The translations under genes were made by a program, and so were the position numbers. A DNA stretch of 29,709 bases from an uncultured delta proteobacterium (lineage in GTDB: Bacteria; Myxococcota_A; Polyangia; Fen-1088), in NCBI GenBank assembly GCA_963796685.1, contig CAWCMR010000019.1, positions 1 through 29,709 of the forward strand. The letters run 5' to 3'. The notes under the pieces are model-generated. The model did no database searches. It worked only from the letters and a program-made list of their open reading frames with translations, and was not told the DNA's origin. The number at the start of each line of letters is the position of its first letter. The first letter of the stretch is position 1. Shown here one piece after another: positions 9,002 to 18,795 of the stretch.

Positions 9002-9556
9002 CTAGAACCGGCTGCTCACGGCGAGAAACGTCATCTTGTCGTTGGTCTCGCGCAGGCGGGCCGAAAGCGTGCGCACGAAGCTCCACAGAAGGTCGTAGGC
9101 CAGGTCGCGGTCGACGAAGAGCAGGTCGGCGACACGCTCTTTGGTGAGCACGAGCAGCCGGCAGCTTTCGTGCGCGATGGCGTCCGCGCTGCGCGGAAAA
9201 TCGTCAATCAGGGCCATTTCGCCGAAATAGTCGCCGGCCTTGAGAATGGCCAGGGCCTCCTCGCCCATGCCGGGAACCTGGCGGCTGATACGCACCGAGC
9301 CCGACAGGATGACGTAGAGCTTATCGCCCGCGGTCCCCTCGGCAAACACCGGGGTTCCGCGCGGATAGGTTTCCTCGACGCCCAGACTGGCGATGCGCCG
9401 CAGGTACACCGCCGGCAAGTCCGCGAACAAGCTGACCTTGCTCAGGCACGCGGCGACCTGGTCGGTGTTGCCTTCCGCGGCGATCGCGATGGCGGGTGTC
9501 ACCTCCACGAGAATCTCCGGCTCGTTGGTCGGCTCTGCGGGGGGGCTCTCGCTCAT
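9002..9556 (-). CDS. Stand-alone cyclic-nucleotide-binding domain protein (no HTH)
   Basis: LYVILSGSVRI, GDYFGEMALIDDFPRSA phosphate-binding cassette, C-helix LSARLRETN, then ends. Confidence 0.9.
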   Translation of the reverse strand: MSESPPAEPTNEPEILVEVTPAIAIAAEGNTDQVAACLSKVSLFADLPAVYLRRIASLGVEETYPRGTPVFAEGTAGDKLYVILSGSVRISRQVPGMGEEALAILKAGDYFGEMALIDDFPRSADAIAHESCRLLVLTKERVADLLFVDRDLAYDLLWSFVRTLSARLRETNDKMTFLAVSSRF

Positions 9557-9618
9557 CGCCTCGATTATGCTACCGGCAGGCCCGGACTACCAGACCGGAA
9601 ACTCCGGTTGAGGGTAGG

Positions 9619-10578
9619 CTAATGCGCCATGAAGCGTTCGGCGTCGATGGCAGCCATGCATCCGGTTCCCGCGGCAGTGACGGCCTGGCGGTAGACGCGG
9701 TCGGCAACGTCCCCACAGGCAAACACCCCCGGAATGTTGGTGGCCGTCGAACCGGGCTTGGTCCGGATGTAGCCGGTTTCATCCATGTCCAGCCTGCCCT
9801 TGAAGAGCGCGCTGTTGGGCACGTGCCCGATGGCCACGAACACGCCCTGGCATCCGAGCTCGCGCGTACTGCCATCGCGCGGGTCGCGCAGACGCACAGC
9901 CGTGACCCCAGGCTTCGGGAGATCGCCGAGGATTTCGTCGACCACGGCGTTGGTGACGAACTCGATCTTGGGGTTCCTGCGCGCGCGTTCGAGCATGGCC
10001 TGCGAGGCGCGGAAACCGTCGCGGCGATGCACGATGCTGACCTTGGTGGCCAGATTGCTGAGGTACGTCGCCTCCTCCATGGCGGTATCGCCGCCGCCCA
10101 CCACCACCAGCTCCAGTCCTTTGAAGAATGCGCCGTCGCAGGTCGCGCACGCGGACAACCCGTGGTTGCGGAACTTCTCCTCGCTCGGGATGTCGAGCCA
10201 CTTGGCCGAGGCGCCGGTCGCCACGATGATGGTTTCGGCGACGATCTCGCCCTCGCCGGTCGAGATCTTGAACGGCCGTGCCGACAGCTCCATGGCGGTG
10301 ACGTCGGTGGTGAGCACGCGCGCCCCGCTGCGCTCGGCCTGGGCGCGCATCAGCTCCATCAGCTTCGGCCCCTGCACGCCATGCGGAAATCCGGGATAAT
10401 TCTCGACTTCCGTGGTGATGGTGAGCTGGCCGCCGGGTGTGGTCAGTGGCTCGATGACCAGGCCGCCCCCTTCGATCATGACGGGCGCGAGGTTGGCGCG
10501 CGCGGCGTAGATGGCGGCGGTGCAGCCGGCCGGGCCACCGCCGACGATGGCGACTTTCACGTGTTCGGGTGCGGGCAT
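9619..10578 (-). CDS. trxB: Thioredoxin-disulfide reductase
   Basis: [55 protein letters not shown]. Start moved to ATG 10578 (AGGAG SD). Confidence 0.97.
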   Translation of the reverse strand: MPAPEHVKVAIVGGGPAGCTAAIYAARANLAPVMIEGGGLVIEPLTTPGGQLTITTEVENYPGFPHGVQGPKLMELMRAQAERSGARVLTTDVTAMELSARPFKISTGEGEIVAETIIVATGASAKWLDIPSEEKFRNHGLSACATCDGAFFKGLELVVVGGGDTAMEEATYLSNLATKVSIVHRRDGFRASQAMLERARRNPKIEFVTNAVVDEILGDLPKPGVTAVRLRDPRDGSTRELGCQGVFVAIGHVPNSALFKGRLDMDETGYIRTKPGSTATNIPGVFACGDVADRVYRQAVTAAGTGCMAAIDAERFMAH

Positions 10579-10835
10579 TTTCGTTCTCCTGATATCCAAC
10601 GCAATGACAAGTGTTGCGATAGCACAGGTCGCGTACCGTGTCGCCGAGCAAGGCGACATTGCTGCCTGGGAGAGCAAGATGACCGCTCTCGGCCGACGGA
10701 CTGAGGCCGCGAAAGCATGCCGCGCTTATACATCAGGCAAACTGGAATAGGTGGTCGAGGCAGCGCGCCAGCGCGACTCGTGCTTGACGGCCGCAGCTTG
10801 CTCGTATCTTCTACCTGCGGAACCTGGACGTCGAC

Positions 10836-11072
10836 GTGAATGCATCCCTGCAACAGCGCCTTCCGCGCGCGCTGGCCGCATTGGCCGTGCTGGCCGTGGC
10901 CTTCACCTTCCTGGCAGCGCAGGTCGATTTCGTCCGCCGCAACCGCATCGGCATCGCACCCGAGCGCTACTGGCGACCGCAGCTCTTGCAGATCTGGCTG
11001 CCCGGCCTCGGGCTCGCCCTCGTGCTGCTGGTTCTCGCCTTCCTACTTCACAGGCGAGGCCGGCGCGCATAG
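10836..11072 (+). CDS. Small two-TM hypothetical membrane protein
   Basis: 78 aa (GTG start), two hydrophobic helices, basic C-tail RRGRRA, just upstream of the GT-C gene. Confidence 0.6.
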   Translation: MNASLQQRLPRALAALAVLAVAFTFLAAQVDFVRRNRIGIAPERYWRPQLLQIWLPGLGLALVLLVLAFLLHRRGRRA

Positions 11073-11113
11073 CATGCCGGGCCACGATTGACGATTTTCC
11101 AGCGATCTCCCGA

Positions 11114-13234
11114 ATGACCACTCCATCTGACGAAAGCAATTCCATCCCGAAAGCGGCCACGCCCGCCCGGCCCTTCCTCGATCGTCTCCTCGACCGCTTC
11201 ACCGAGCGGCAGATGGTGATCTTCGTGCTGCTCTTCGGCGCCCTGCTCTACCTACCCTTCGCAGGCAGCTACGGCCTCTTCGATCCCTGGGAAACCCACT
11301 ACGGCGAGGTCGGGCGCCAGATGGCGCGACGAAACGACTTCATCAGTCTCTATTGGCCGGGATCCCCGATCGACAGCGAGAACTTCTGGTCCAAGCCGGT
11401 GCTCACCTTCTGGCTCATGAGCTTGTCCCTGAAGATCTTCGGCATCGGCGGCGCCGGGTTGCCCGCGGGCGAGTTCGCCCTCTCGTCGCGGCCGGAGTGG
11501 GCCCTGCGCATCCCCTTCTGCTTGATGGCGCTGCCGGCGCTGCTGGGCGTGTACCTGCCGCTTTCCCGCTTCGTCAGCCGCCGCGCCGGCGTGCTGGCCG
11601 TGCTGGCGTTGGCCACCTTTCCACTCTTCAGCTTGGTCGCCCGTCAGGCCATGACCGACATGGCGTTCATCGGCCCCATGACCCTCGGGCTTGGCCTATG
11701 CGCGCTGGCGCTGTTCGACGACAATGACGAGGTGCTGCCGCGCCGGACGTGGCGAGGGCTGTCCTGGCCCCACCACCCCATCTACTACACGACGGTCGGC
11801 CTGCTCGCGCTCACGGTCCTGCCTCAGCTCGTCGTCGATTCGATTCAGCTGACCTGGATACTGCCATTCAAGCGCAGGCTCGTCATCCCCGGCGTGGTGG
11901 CGATGCTGCCCTACTTCGTCGGGTTCGTCGTCTTCCTGTGGTACACGGCACGCACCCGCTACAAGGCTCCCTTCTACATCCACATCGCCTCGATCCTGTG
12001 CGGCCTCGCGATGTTGGCCAAGGGGCTGGCCGGGCTGGGGTTGCCGGTGATCGTGTTTCTGGCCTATCTGTTGTTCACCTGGAACTGGCGCAGGCTGGCG
12101 CGCGCCGAGATCCTGCGTGGCCTTCCCTTCGCCATTCTGGCCTGCGCGCTCGTGGCGGTGCCCTGGCACCACGCCATGCTGGCCCGCCACGGCTTCCCGT
12201 TCTGGAACGAGCTCTACGGTGACAACCACTGGCGCCGGCTGGTCACCGGCCGGCACGGCGACCGCGGCAGCTTCGAGTACTTCATCCGCGAGCTCGGCTA
12301 CGCCCTGTTCCCGTGGATCGCGCTCGCGCCCTCGGCGCTGGCCTGGGTGGTGATGCGCTACTTCGGCCGACGTGCCGACGGCACCCCCGCGCCGAAGCGC
12401 GAGGAAGACAAACGTCGGGATATCATGTGGCTCGGTGCCATCTGGTTCGTGTCGGGCTACGCCTTGGTCTCGTTTTCGATGACCAAGTTCCACCACTACA
12501 TCCTGCCCGCCCTGCCCGGGATGGCCATGGCGGTCGGGTGTTTCCTCGACGACGTGCTGACCGAGAAACGCAGCAGGCTGATCCTGCTGGCCGTGCTCGT
12601 GGGCACGCCGCTGCTCGCCCTGGTCACCTTCGACCTGACCTCGGCGCAGAAGAGCGCGCAACACTTCATCTGGCTGTTCTCGTACGACTACATCAACACC
12701 CCGCAGGGCAGACCCTGGCCGCCCGACATGAATTACATCCGAACGCTGCGGGTGTTCGCCGCCCTGTTCTCGGTCGCAGCGCTGCTCGTGGCCTGGCGAC
12801 GCACGCGAGCCATCGCGACCCTCTCCATGCTGGGCGTGGTGGTCGCGTTCACCTATTTTCTGCTCGACGGGTACATCCCCGCCGCCGCCGCTCACTGGTC
12901 GCAAAAGCCGCTCATCGCCCAGTACTACCGCGAGCGCCGCTCGCCCGACGAGCGCCTGCTGGCCTGGCAGATGTACTGGCGTGGCGAGAACTTCTACACC
13001 CAGAACGAGATTTACGAAGGCCCCATGAACGAACGCACGGTGTTCCTGGGCGACCGCAACGCCGAGGGCCTGAAGGAATACGCCGCCAGCCACAAGGGCA
13101 AGCGCATGTTCTTCATCATCGAACGCTCGCGCTTGGACGGCCTACGCAGCCTTTTGCCCGAAAGCGTTCGCCCCAGCCTGAAGATCGTCAACGACGACAA
13201 CAACAAGTTCTACTTGCTGACCGCCAACCTGTGA
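11114..13234 (+). CDS. ArnT/PMT-like (GT-C, family 39/83) membrane glycosyltransferase
   Basis: DPWETHYGEVGRQM, WSKPVLTFWL, LAMLAKGLAG, TKFHHYILPALP, many TM helices. Start ATG 11114 preferred over the 10751 extension. Confidence 0.88.
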   Translation: MTTPSDESNSIPKAATPARPFLDRLLDRFTERQMVIFVLLFGALLYLPFAGSYGLFDPWETHYGEVGRQMARRNDFISLYWPGSPIDSENFWSKPVLTFWLMSLSLKIFGIGGAGLPAGEFALSSRPEWALRIPFCLMALPALLGVYLPLSRFVSRRAGVLAVLALATFPLFSLVARQAMTDMAFIGPMTLGLGLCALALFDDNDEVLPRRTWRGLSWPHHPIYYTTVGLLALTVLPQLVVDSIQLTWILPFKRRLVIPGVVAMLPYFVGFVVFLWYTARTRYKAPFYIHIASILCGLAMLAKGLAGLGLPVIVFLAYLLFTWNWRRLARAEILRGLPFAILACALVAVPWHHAMLARHGFPFWNELYGDNHWRRLVTGRHGDRGSFEYFIRELGYALFPWIALAPSALAWVVMRYFGRRADGTPAPKREEDKRRDIMWLGAIWFVSGYALVSFSMTKFHHYILPALPGMAMAVGCFLDDVLTEKRSRLILLAVLVGTPLLALVTFDLTSAQKSAQHFIWLFSYDYINTPQGRPWPPDMNYIRTLRVFAALFSVAALLVAWRRTRAIATLSMLGVVVAFTYFLLDGYIPAAAAHWSQKPLIAQYYRERRSPDERLLAWQMYWRGENFYTQNEIYEGPMNERTVFLGDRNAEGLKEYAASHKGKRMFFIIERSRLDGLRSLLPESVRPSLKIVNDDNNKFYLLTANL

Positions 13235-13246
13235 GTCGCCATCATC

Positions 13247-13347
13247 CCACGATAGGCGCAGAAGGTCGTGGTCGGCCACGGCCACGACCACGGGAACGTC
13301 CACGACCACCACTCGCCGCTCCGATTGGGTGCGAGCCTCTATCGTGG
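13247..13347. repeat. Intergenic palindromic element with CACGAC/CACGGC hexamer core
   Basis: Terminal IR CCACGATAG (13247-13255) / CTATCGTGG (13339-13347); inner GTCGTGG/CCACGAC hairpin; repeated CCACG units. Confidence 0.65.
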
Positions 13348-13415
13348 AAAGGCGTCTCTTTCTGCTGCCCTCCGCGACGTCGCTGTGCTGCGGGATTACG
13401 GAATCGCGTCATCCG

Positions 13416-13452
13416 TTGACAGGTGTGGGTGCCGGTGGCAATATTCGCGCCC
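13416..13452 (+). promoter_or_regulatory. Sigma70-type promoter of the prs-rplY-pth operon with GC-rich discriminator
   Basis: TTGACA (13416-13421), 17 bp, CAATAT preceded by TGG, followed by TCGCGCCC. 5'-UTR hairpin at 13456-13477, then AGGA SD before GTG 13492. Confidence 0.65.
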
Positions 13453-13491
13453 TCTTGACGGGATAGCGCCTCCGTCAGGCAGGAATCTCCC

Positions 13492-14432
13492 GTGAACAAA
13501 CCATTCGCCATCTTCAGCGGCAACGCGAATCCCAGCTCGCCCGGTCCCTGTGCCAGCACCTCGGGCAACCCCTGGGCAGCGCCAAGGTCGAACGCTTTGC
13601 CGACGGCGAGGTCTACGTCGAGATCGACCAGAACGTGCGCGGGGTGAACTGCTTCGTGGTTCAGCCGACGTGCACGCCGGTGAACGACAACCTGATGGAG
13701 CTCTTGGTCATGACCGACGCCCTCAAGCGCTCGTCGGCCAAGCCCATCGTGGCGGTCATGCCGTATTTCGGTTATGCGCGCCAGGATCGCAAGACCAGGC
13801 CGCGCACGCCGATCTCCGCGCGTCTGGCCGCGGATCTCCTGACCGCGGCGGGTGTTCATCGTGTGCTGGCCATGGATCTTCATGCCGGCCAGATCCAGGG
13901 CTTCTTCAATATCCCCGTCGACCACATCTACGCCATGCCGGTGATGATGGACTACATCCGCACCCGCTTCGACAGCGATGCCGTGGTGGTCTCGCCCGAC
14001 GCCGGCGGGGTGGAGCGGGCCCGGGCCTTTTCGAAGCGCCTCGACGCCGGTCTGGCCATCATCGACAAGCGCCGTCCCGCCCCCAACGTGGCCGAGCTGG
14101 TGCACATCATCGGCGACGTGAAGGGCCGCGATGCCATCATCGTCGACGACATGGTCGACACCGCCGGCACCCTTTGCGCTGCGGCCAAGGGCCTGACCGA
14201 AAAAGGCGCGCGGGCGGTGTACGCCTGCATCACGCACGGGTTGCTCTCGGGCCCGGCCATCGAGCGCATCCACGCCAGCACCATCAAAGAGCTCATCATC
14301 ACCGATTCCATCCCCCCCCGTCCCGAGGTCAAGGCCTCGCCGAAGGTGCACGTGCTGTCCGTGGCGCACTTGCTCGGAGAAGCCGTCAAACGCATTCACA
14401 TGGGGGACTCGCTAAGTTCCCTCTTCATCTGA
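13492..14432 (+). CDS. prs: Ribose-phosphate pyrophosphokinase (1-nt frameshift near 13533, probably a sequencing error)
   Basis: GTG start [14 protein letters not shown], then shifted [11 protein letters not shown]...[48 protein letters not shown]. Confidence 0.95.
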
Positions 14433-14480
14433 TAAGAGATCCGCAGTCGTCGAGATCCGCACGCAGCAAAGGACGTCATC

Positions 14481-15267
14481 ATGGACTTCGCCAAGGTTTC
14501 CGTTGAGATTCGCAGTCAATCGGGCAAGGGCCCGGCCCGCCGAGCGCGCAGCAGCGGCAAGTTGCCAGCCGTGCTCTACGGTCACAAAGTCGATCCCCTT
14601 TCGCTCGTGCTGGATCCCGTCGAGCTGACCCATGCCCTCGACAAAGAGCGCAAGCGCAACACGGTGTTCACCCTCGACGTGAAGAACGCCGCGAAGGCGG
14701 AGTCCGTCATGGCCATGATCCGTGACGTGCAAGTCGATCCCATCTCGCGCCTTCCCGTGCACGTGGACTTCATCCGCGTCAGCATGGACGAAGAAGTCAA
14801 GGTCAGCGTGCCCCTGATGCTGACCGGTATCCCGGTCGGCGTCACCAACGGTGGCAACCTGCACCTTAGCCATCACACCCTGCCCATCGCGGCCAAGCCC
14901 GACGCCATCCCGACCAAGATCGAGCTGGACGTGACCGCTCTGGAGATCGGCGATGCCCTCCACGCCAGCGATTCTGAAGTTGCCGCCCGGCGTGCGCACG
15001 ACCCTGGCTCCCAAGGAATCGGTCGCCTCGGTCGTGGCCCCGCACGTCGAGAAGGTGGAGGTCGAGGCCGCCGCAGTCCCGGCCGAGGGCGCCGCCCCAG
15101 CCGAGGGCGCCGCAGCAGCCGGAGCAGCCCCAGGTGCAGCGGCCGGCGCGCCAGCAGCCGGTGCCAAACCCGCCGCGGGCGCCAAGGCCGCGCCCGGCGC
15201 GGCACCTGCCGCGGGCGCCAAGGCACCTGCCGCAGGCGCCAAGAAGGAGGAGAAGAAGGGCAAGTAG
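14481..15267 (+). CDS. rplY: 50S ribosomal protein L25/Ctc, long form with Ala-rich tail (extra T at ~14972)
   Basis: GKGPARRAR..GKLPAVLYG, HVDF, LEIGDALHASD, then shifted LKLPPGV...KKEEKKGK TAG. Confidence 0.93.
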
Positions 15268-15311
15268 GCCCACTCGGAGTTGCCCGGGCGCTTCTCGGCG
15301 GTGCGGTTGCG

Positions 15312-15902
15312 ATGTGGTTGGTCGTTGGCCTTGGCAATCCCGGCCGGCAGTATGCTGGCAACCGGCACAACGCCGGCTTCATGGTCATCGACGAGCTCGT
15401 ACGGCGGACAGGGGCGACCGCGCCCCGCCTGCGCATGGGCGCGGAATTGGCCGAAGCCGGGCTGGGGGGTACGAAAGTCATCTTCTGCAAGCCCATGGAG
15501 TTCATGAACACCAGCGGATTTCCCGTCAGCCGCACCGCGGCCTTCTGGAAGATCCCGCCCGCCCAGACGCTGATCGTGCATGACGATATGGATTTGGAGC
15601 TCGGCCGTCTCCGCTTGGCCGAGGCCGGTGGCACGGGCGGACACAACGGCTTGCGCTCCATCGTATCGGAGCTCGGGACCGAGAGCTTTTGCCGGCTCCG
15701 CTTCGGCATCGGCCGTCCCCCACCGGCCTGGGAAGGGGCCGATTACGTGCTTGCCGATTTTTCAACCGAGGAGCGGAAAGCGCTGCCAAATCTGATAGAA
15801 GAGGCCGCCGATGCCGCGCAGACCATCGTCAAGGACGGACTGGTGGCGGCGATGAACAGGTTCAACCGACGCAAGAAAACCGAAACCGGGGGAGCGACTT
15901 AG
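15312..15902 (+). CDS. pth: Peptidyl-tRNA hydrolase
   Basis: MWLVVGLGNPG, RHNAGF, KPMEFMNTSG, VHDDMDL, GGHNGLRS, RLRFGIGRP. Confidence 0.97.
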   Translation: MWLVVGLGNPGRQYAGNRHNAGFMVIDELVRRTGATAPRLRMGAELAEAGLGGTKVIFCKPMEFMNTSGFPVSRTAAFWKIPPAQTLIVHDDMDLELGRLRLAEAGGTGGHNGLRSIVSELGTESFCRLRFGIGRPPPAWEGADYVLADFSTEERKALPNLIEEAADAAQTIVKDGLVAAMNRFNRRKKTETGGAT

Positions 15903-15918
15903 TCGTCACCTCCACCAA

Positions 15919-15963
15919 CTCCTTGCCCGCCGCTCCGGCGGCGGGACGTAGGCCCAAAGGGAG
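15919..15963 (+). promoter_or_regulatory. rpsF leader, S6:S18-binding-type autoregulatory RNA structure
   Basis: CTCCTT (15919-15924) pairs with SD-containing AGGGAG (15958-15963); inner hairpin CCCGCCGC-TCCG-GCGGCGGG; CCC just before the SD. Resembles the known S6:S18 leader architecture. Confidence 0.7.
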
Positions 15964-15972
15964 AGCAACAAC

Positions 15973-16503
15973 ATGGCAGAGAAGCGAACAGGATCGTGTC
16001 GGGACATTCCCGGCAGAACACGTGAATACGAGACGATTTTCATCCTCAAGCCCGACGTCACCAACGACGCCATCGGCCAGGCAAACGCCAAGATTCGTCA
16101 CGTGATCGAGGCCGGCGGCGGACAGCTGCTGAAGGTCGAGAACTGGGGCCGCCGCAAGCTGGCCTACGAGGTCAGAAAGCAGCTCAAAGGTATCTACGTC
16201 TTCTTCAACTACCTCGGCGGCGCGGGCCTGGTCGAAGAGGTCGAGCGCAACCTGCACCTTACCGATACCGTCATCCGCTACTACTCGATCAAGGCCGCCG
16301 AGAACGTGGATCCGGCCACCAAGACCAGCGCGGTGACCGACGAGACCTTCGCCAGCGCATCCGTCCCCGGTCCCGACGAGGAAGCCATCGCCACCGGCCA
16401 AGCCGGCGCGCGTCCCTTCGGCGACGATGAAGAGGAAGGCGCGTTCGATTTCGAGGAAGCAGTTTTCGGCAAGGTCGACGAACCTGTCCGGAGAGGGAGC
16501 TAG
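15973..16503 (+). CDS. rpsF: 30S ribosomal protein S6 with acidic C-terminal extension
   Basis: REYETIFILKPD, ENWGRRKLAYEV, VIRY. Confidence 0.96.
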   Translation: MAEKRTGSCRDIPGRTREYETIFILKPDVTNDAIGQANAKIRHVIEAGGGQLLKVENWGRRKLAYEVRKQLKGIYVFFNYLGGAGLVEEVERNLHLTDTVIRYYSIKAAENVDPATKTSAVTDETFASASVPGPDEEAIATGQAGARPFGDDEEEGAFDFEEAVFGKVDEPVRRGS

Positions 16504-16506
16504 ACC

Positions 16507-16785
16507 ATGGCACGACCGGAAGACAAAGACGCGGATCTCGATCAGGAAGGCGGCGGACGCAAGAAGTCGAGCTCGCGGCGCAGGCCCTGCAAATTCTGCA
16601 CCGACGAGAATCTGACCATCGACTACAAGAACGCCGGCTTGCTCAAGTACTTCATCACCGATCGCGGCAAGCTCGTGCCGCGTCGATTGACCGGCAACTG
16701 CGCCAAGCACCAGCGCTCCATCGCCCGGGCCGTGTCGCGTGCCCGCATGATCGCCCTCATGCCGTTCGCGGTCACGGGCAAGTAG
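16507..16785 (+). CDS. rpsR: 30S ribosomal protein S18 (Zn-ligand-containing form)
   Basis: [40 protein letters not shown]. Confidence 0.97.
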   Translation: MARPEDKDADLDQEGGGRKKSSSRRRPCKFCTDENLTIDYKNAGLLKYFITDRGKLVPRRLTGNCAKHQRSIARAVSRARMIALMPFAVTGK

Positions 16786-16800
16786 CCGGAAGGAGAACCC

Positions 16801-17250
16801 ATGCGAGTCATCCTGAGAGAGAACATGGAGAACCTGGGCAAGGCCGGCGAGGTCGTGTCCGTTCGTCCGGGCTACGGTCGCAACTACCTTCTGCCCAGCG
16901 GCTTGGCCGTGCCGGCCACCGAGAAGGACGAAGCCCGCTTGCAACACGAACAGCGAGTCATCGCCACGCGCGTGGCCAAGCTGGCCAAGGAGATGCAGTC
17001 CGAGGCGGATCGCCTGTCGCAGGTGTCGGTTTCGCTTTCCCGGGCCGTGGGCGAGGAAGACAAGCTCTATGGCTCGGTCAACAACCGGGACATCGCCGAA
17101 GCCTTGGCCGAACAGGGCATCAAGCTGGACGCCAAGAAGATCCTGCTCGACGAGCCCATCAAGACCTTGGGCATGACCGAGGTGGCGGTGAAGCTGGGCC
17201 ACGAGGTGACGGCCAAGCTGAAGGTGTGGGTCGTCAAGAAGGAAGCCTAA
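16801..17250 (+). CDS. rplI: 50S ribosomal protein L9
   Basis: [40 protein letters not shown]. Confidence 0.98.
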   Translation: MRVILRENMENLGKAGEVVSVRPGYGRNYLLPSGLAVPATEKDEARLQHEQRVIATRVAKLAKEMQSEADRLSQVSVSLSRAVGEEDKLYGSVNNRDIAEALAEQGIKLDAKKILLDEPIKTLGMTEVAVKLGHEVTAKLKVWVVKKEA

Positions 17251-17356
17251 CGCGGAGAGAGCTCAGAGGGAACAGAGCACACGGAGAGGGTTCGGGTCTG
17301 ACGATCCGAACCCTTCTTCTTTTCCGGGCTCCGCGCCCTCCGTGCTCTCTGTGGTT
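17251..17356. repeat. Imperfect inverted repeat of 9-bp CACAGAG/CACGGAG-type units flanking the terminator
   Basis: Left arm CTCAGAGGG-AACAGAGCA-CACGGAG; right arm reverse complement CACAGAGAG-CACGGAGGG-CGCGGAG. Confidence 0.65.
17287..17323 (+). terminator. Intrinsic terminator after rplI
   Basis: AGGGTTCGGGTC-TGAC-GATCCGAACCCT stem followed by TCTTCTTTT. Confidence 0.75.
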
Positions 17357-17381
17357 GAAATCCGGGTTACACTCAGCGCCC

Positions 17382-18793
17382 ATGGCCGATTACTCCTCGG
17401 ATGTGCTCCCGCCCGGGAGGCAACCGCCGCACAACCTCGATGCCGAGCGTTCGGCGCTGGGTGGCGTTTTGGTCAAGCCCTCGGCCTTCGACGAGATGGC
17501 AACCACCATCACGGCCGACGATTTTCTGCTGCCCGCCCATCGCGAGATCTTCGCCGCCATGCTCGAGCTCGACAAGCGGCGCCAGCCCATCGACGTGGTT
17601 TCTCTGGGCGACGAGCTCAAGAATCGAGGGTCGCTGGCCCGCCTGGAGAACGGCCAAGCCTATCTCATCGACCTGGCCAACGCCGTTCCCACCGCCGAGA
17701 ACATCGCCCACTACGCGCGCCTGGTGCAAGAGAAGGCCACCTTGCGCCGGCTCATCGCCGCGTGCGCGGAGATCCAATCGCGCGCCTACGGCGAGTTCGG
17801 CGACTACGAGCAGTTCCTCGACGAATCCGAGCGCATGGTGTTCCAGGTGGCGCAGAAGAACCGCCGCGAGAACGCCCGCCCCATCGGCGAGATCATGAGC
17901 GAGGTTCTGGAAAGCATCGACGCCCGCGCGCGCGAGAGCAAGTCCGTCACCGGGGTCCCCACCGGCTTCAAGAAGCTCGACGACATCACCGCGGGCTTTC
18001 AGCCCGAAAACCTCATCATCGTGGCCGCCCGTCCCGGCGTGGGCAAGACCTCGTGGGCGCTCAATGTCGCGAGCTACGCCGCCTTGAACCACCAGATTCC
18101 GGTTTTTGTCTTCTCGCTGGAAATGTCCAAGCACGAGCTCATCGAGCGCTTGCTGGCCGGCGAGGCGCGCATCGATTCCAATCGCATGCGCCGAGGCCTC
18201 ATCGAGTACAGCGAGTGGAAGAACAAGATCTACCCGGCCGGCAATCGCATCTCGCAGGCGCCCATCCTGATCGACGATTCCCCGGGCGTGAACATCCTCG
18301 AGCTACGCGCCAAGGCGCGCCGTTTCCGCAGCGATCCGAGATTCTTCCCCCCCAGAAGGACAGCTCGACGACGCCGCTCGGATTGATCGTGATCGACTAC
18401 CTGCAGCTCGCGCACGGCTTGGGCGGCCGGCGCGAGGAATCGCGCGAGCGCGAGATTGCGGACATCTCCCGCGGGCTCAAGGCCCTGGCCAAAGAGCTGC
18501 ACATCCCCATCATCGCGGTTTCGCAGCTCAACCGCAGCGTGGAGAAGCGCGAGGACAAGACGCCGCAACTATCGGATCTGCGTGAATCAGGCGCCATCGA
18601 GCAGGACGCCGACATCATCCTCTTCATCCATCGCGACGAGATGTACAATTCTGACCCTTCCGGGCGCGGCAAGGCACTGCTCAAGATCGGCAAGAACCGC
18701 GCAGGCCCCACAGGCGAGGTGGATTTGACCTTTATCCGCGAGTACACCAGATTTGAGAGCTATGCCGCAGAGGACGAGGAGGGACCGGGCTAG
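17382..18793 (+). CDS. dnaB: Replicative DNA helicase DnaB (1-nt frameshift at the C7 run 18347-18353)
   Basis: [15 protein letters not shown], Walker [14 protein letters not shown]; after the shift [36 protein letters not shown]. Confidence 0.96.
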
Positions 18794-18795
18794 CC

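Noticed and set aside
10751-11113. N-terminal extension of the GT-C in the ORF track
   Set aside because: Arg/Ala/Pro-rich off-frame sequence overlapping the more credible 78-aa membrane ORF.
13235-13491. tRNA upstream of prs, or a His-rich peptide (13268-13495)
   Set aside because: No cloverleaf or TTCRA T-loop; the His-rich reading is a by-product of CACGAC repeats.
14481-15902. Genuine L25-Pth fusion
   Set aside because: Explained by one extra base; both genes have normal ends and starts.
17382-18793. Split or intein-containing DnaB
   Set aside because: The halves join by a 1-nt correction to about 470 aa; no intein motifs.
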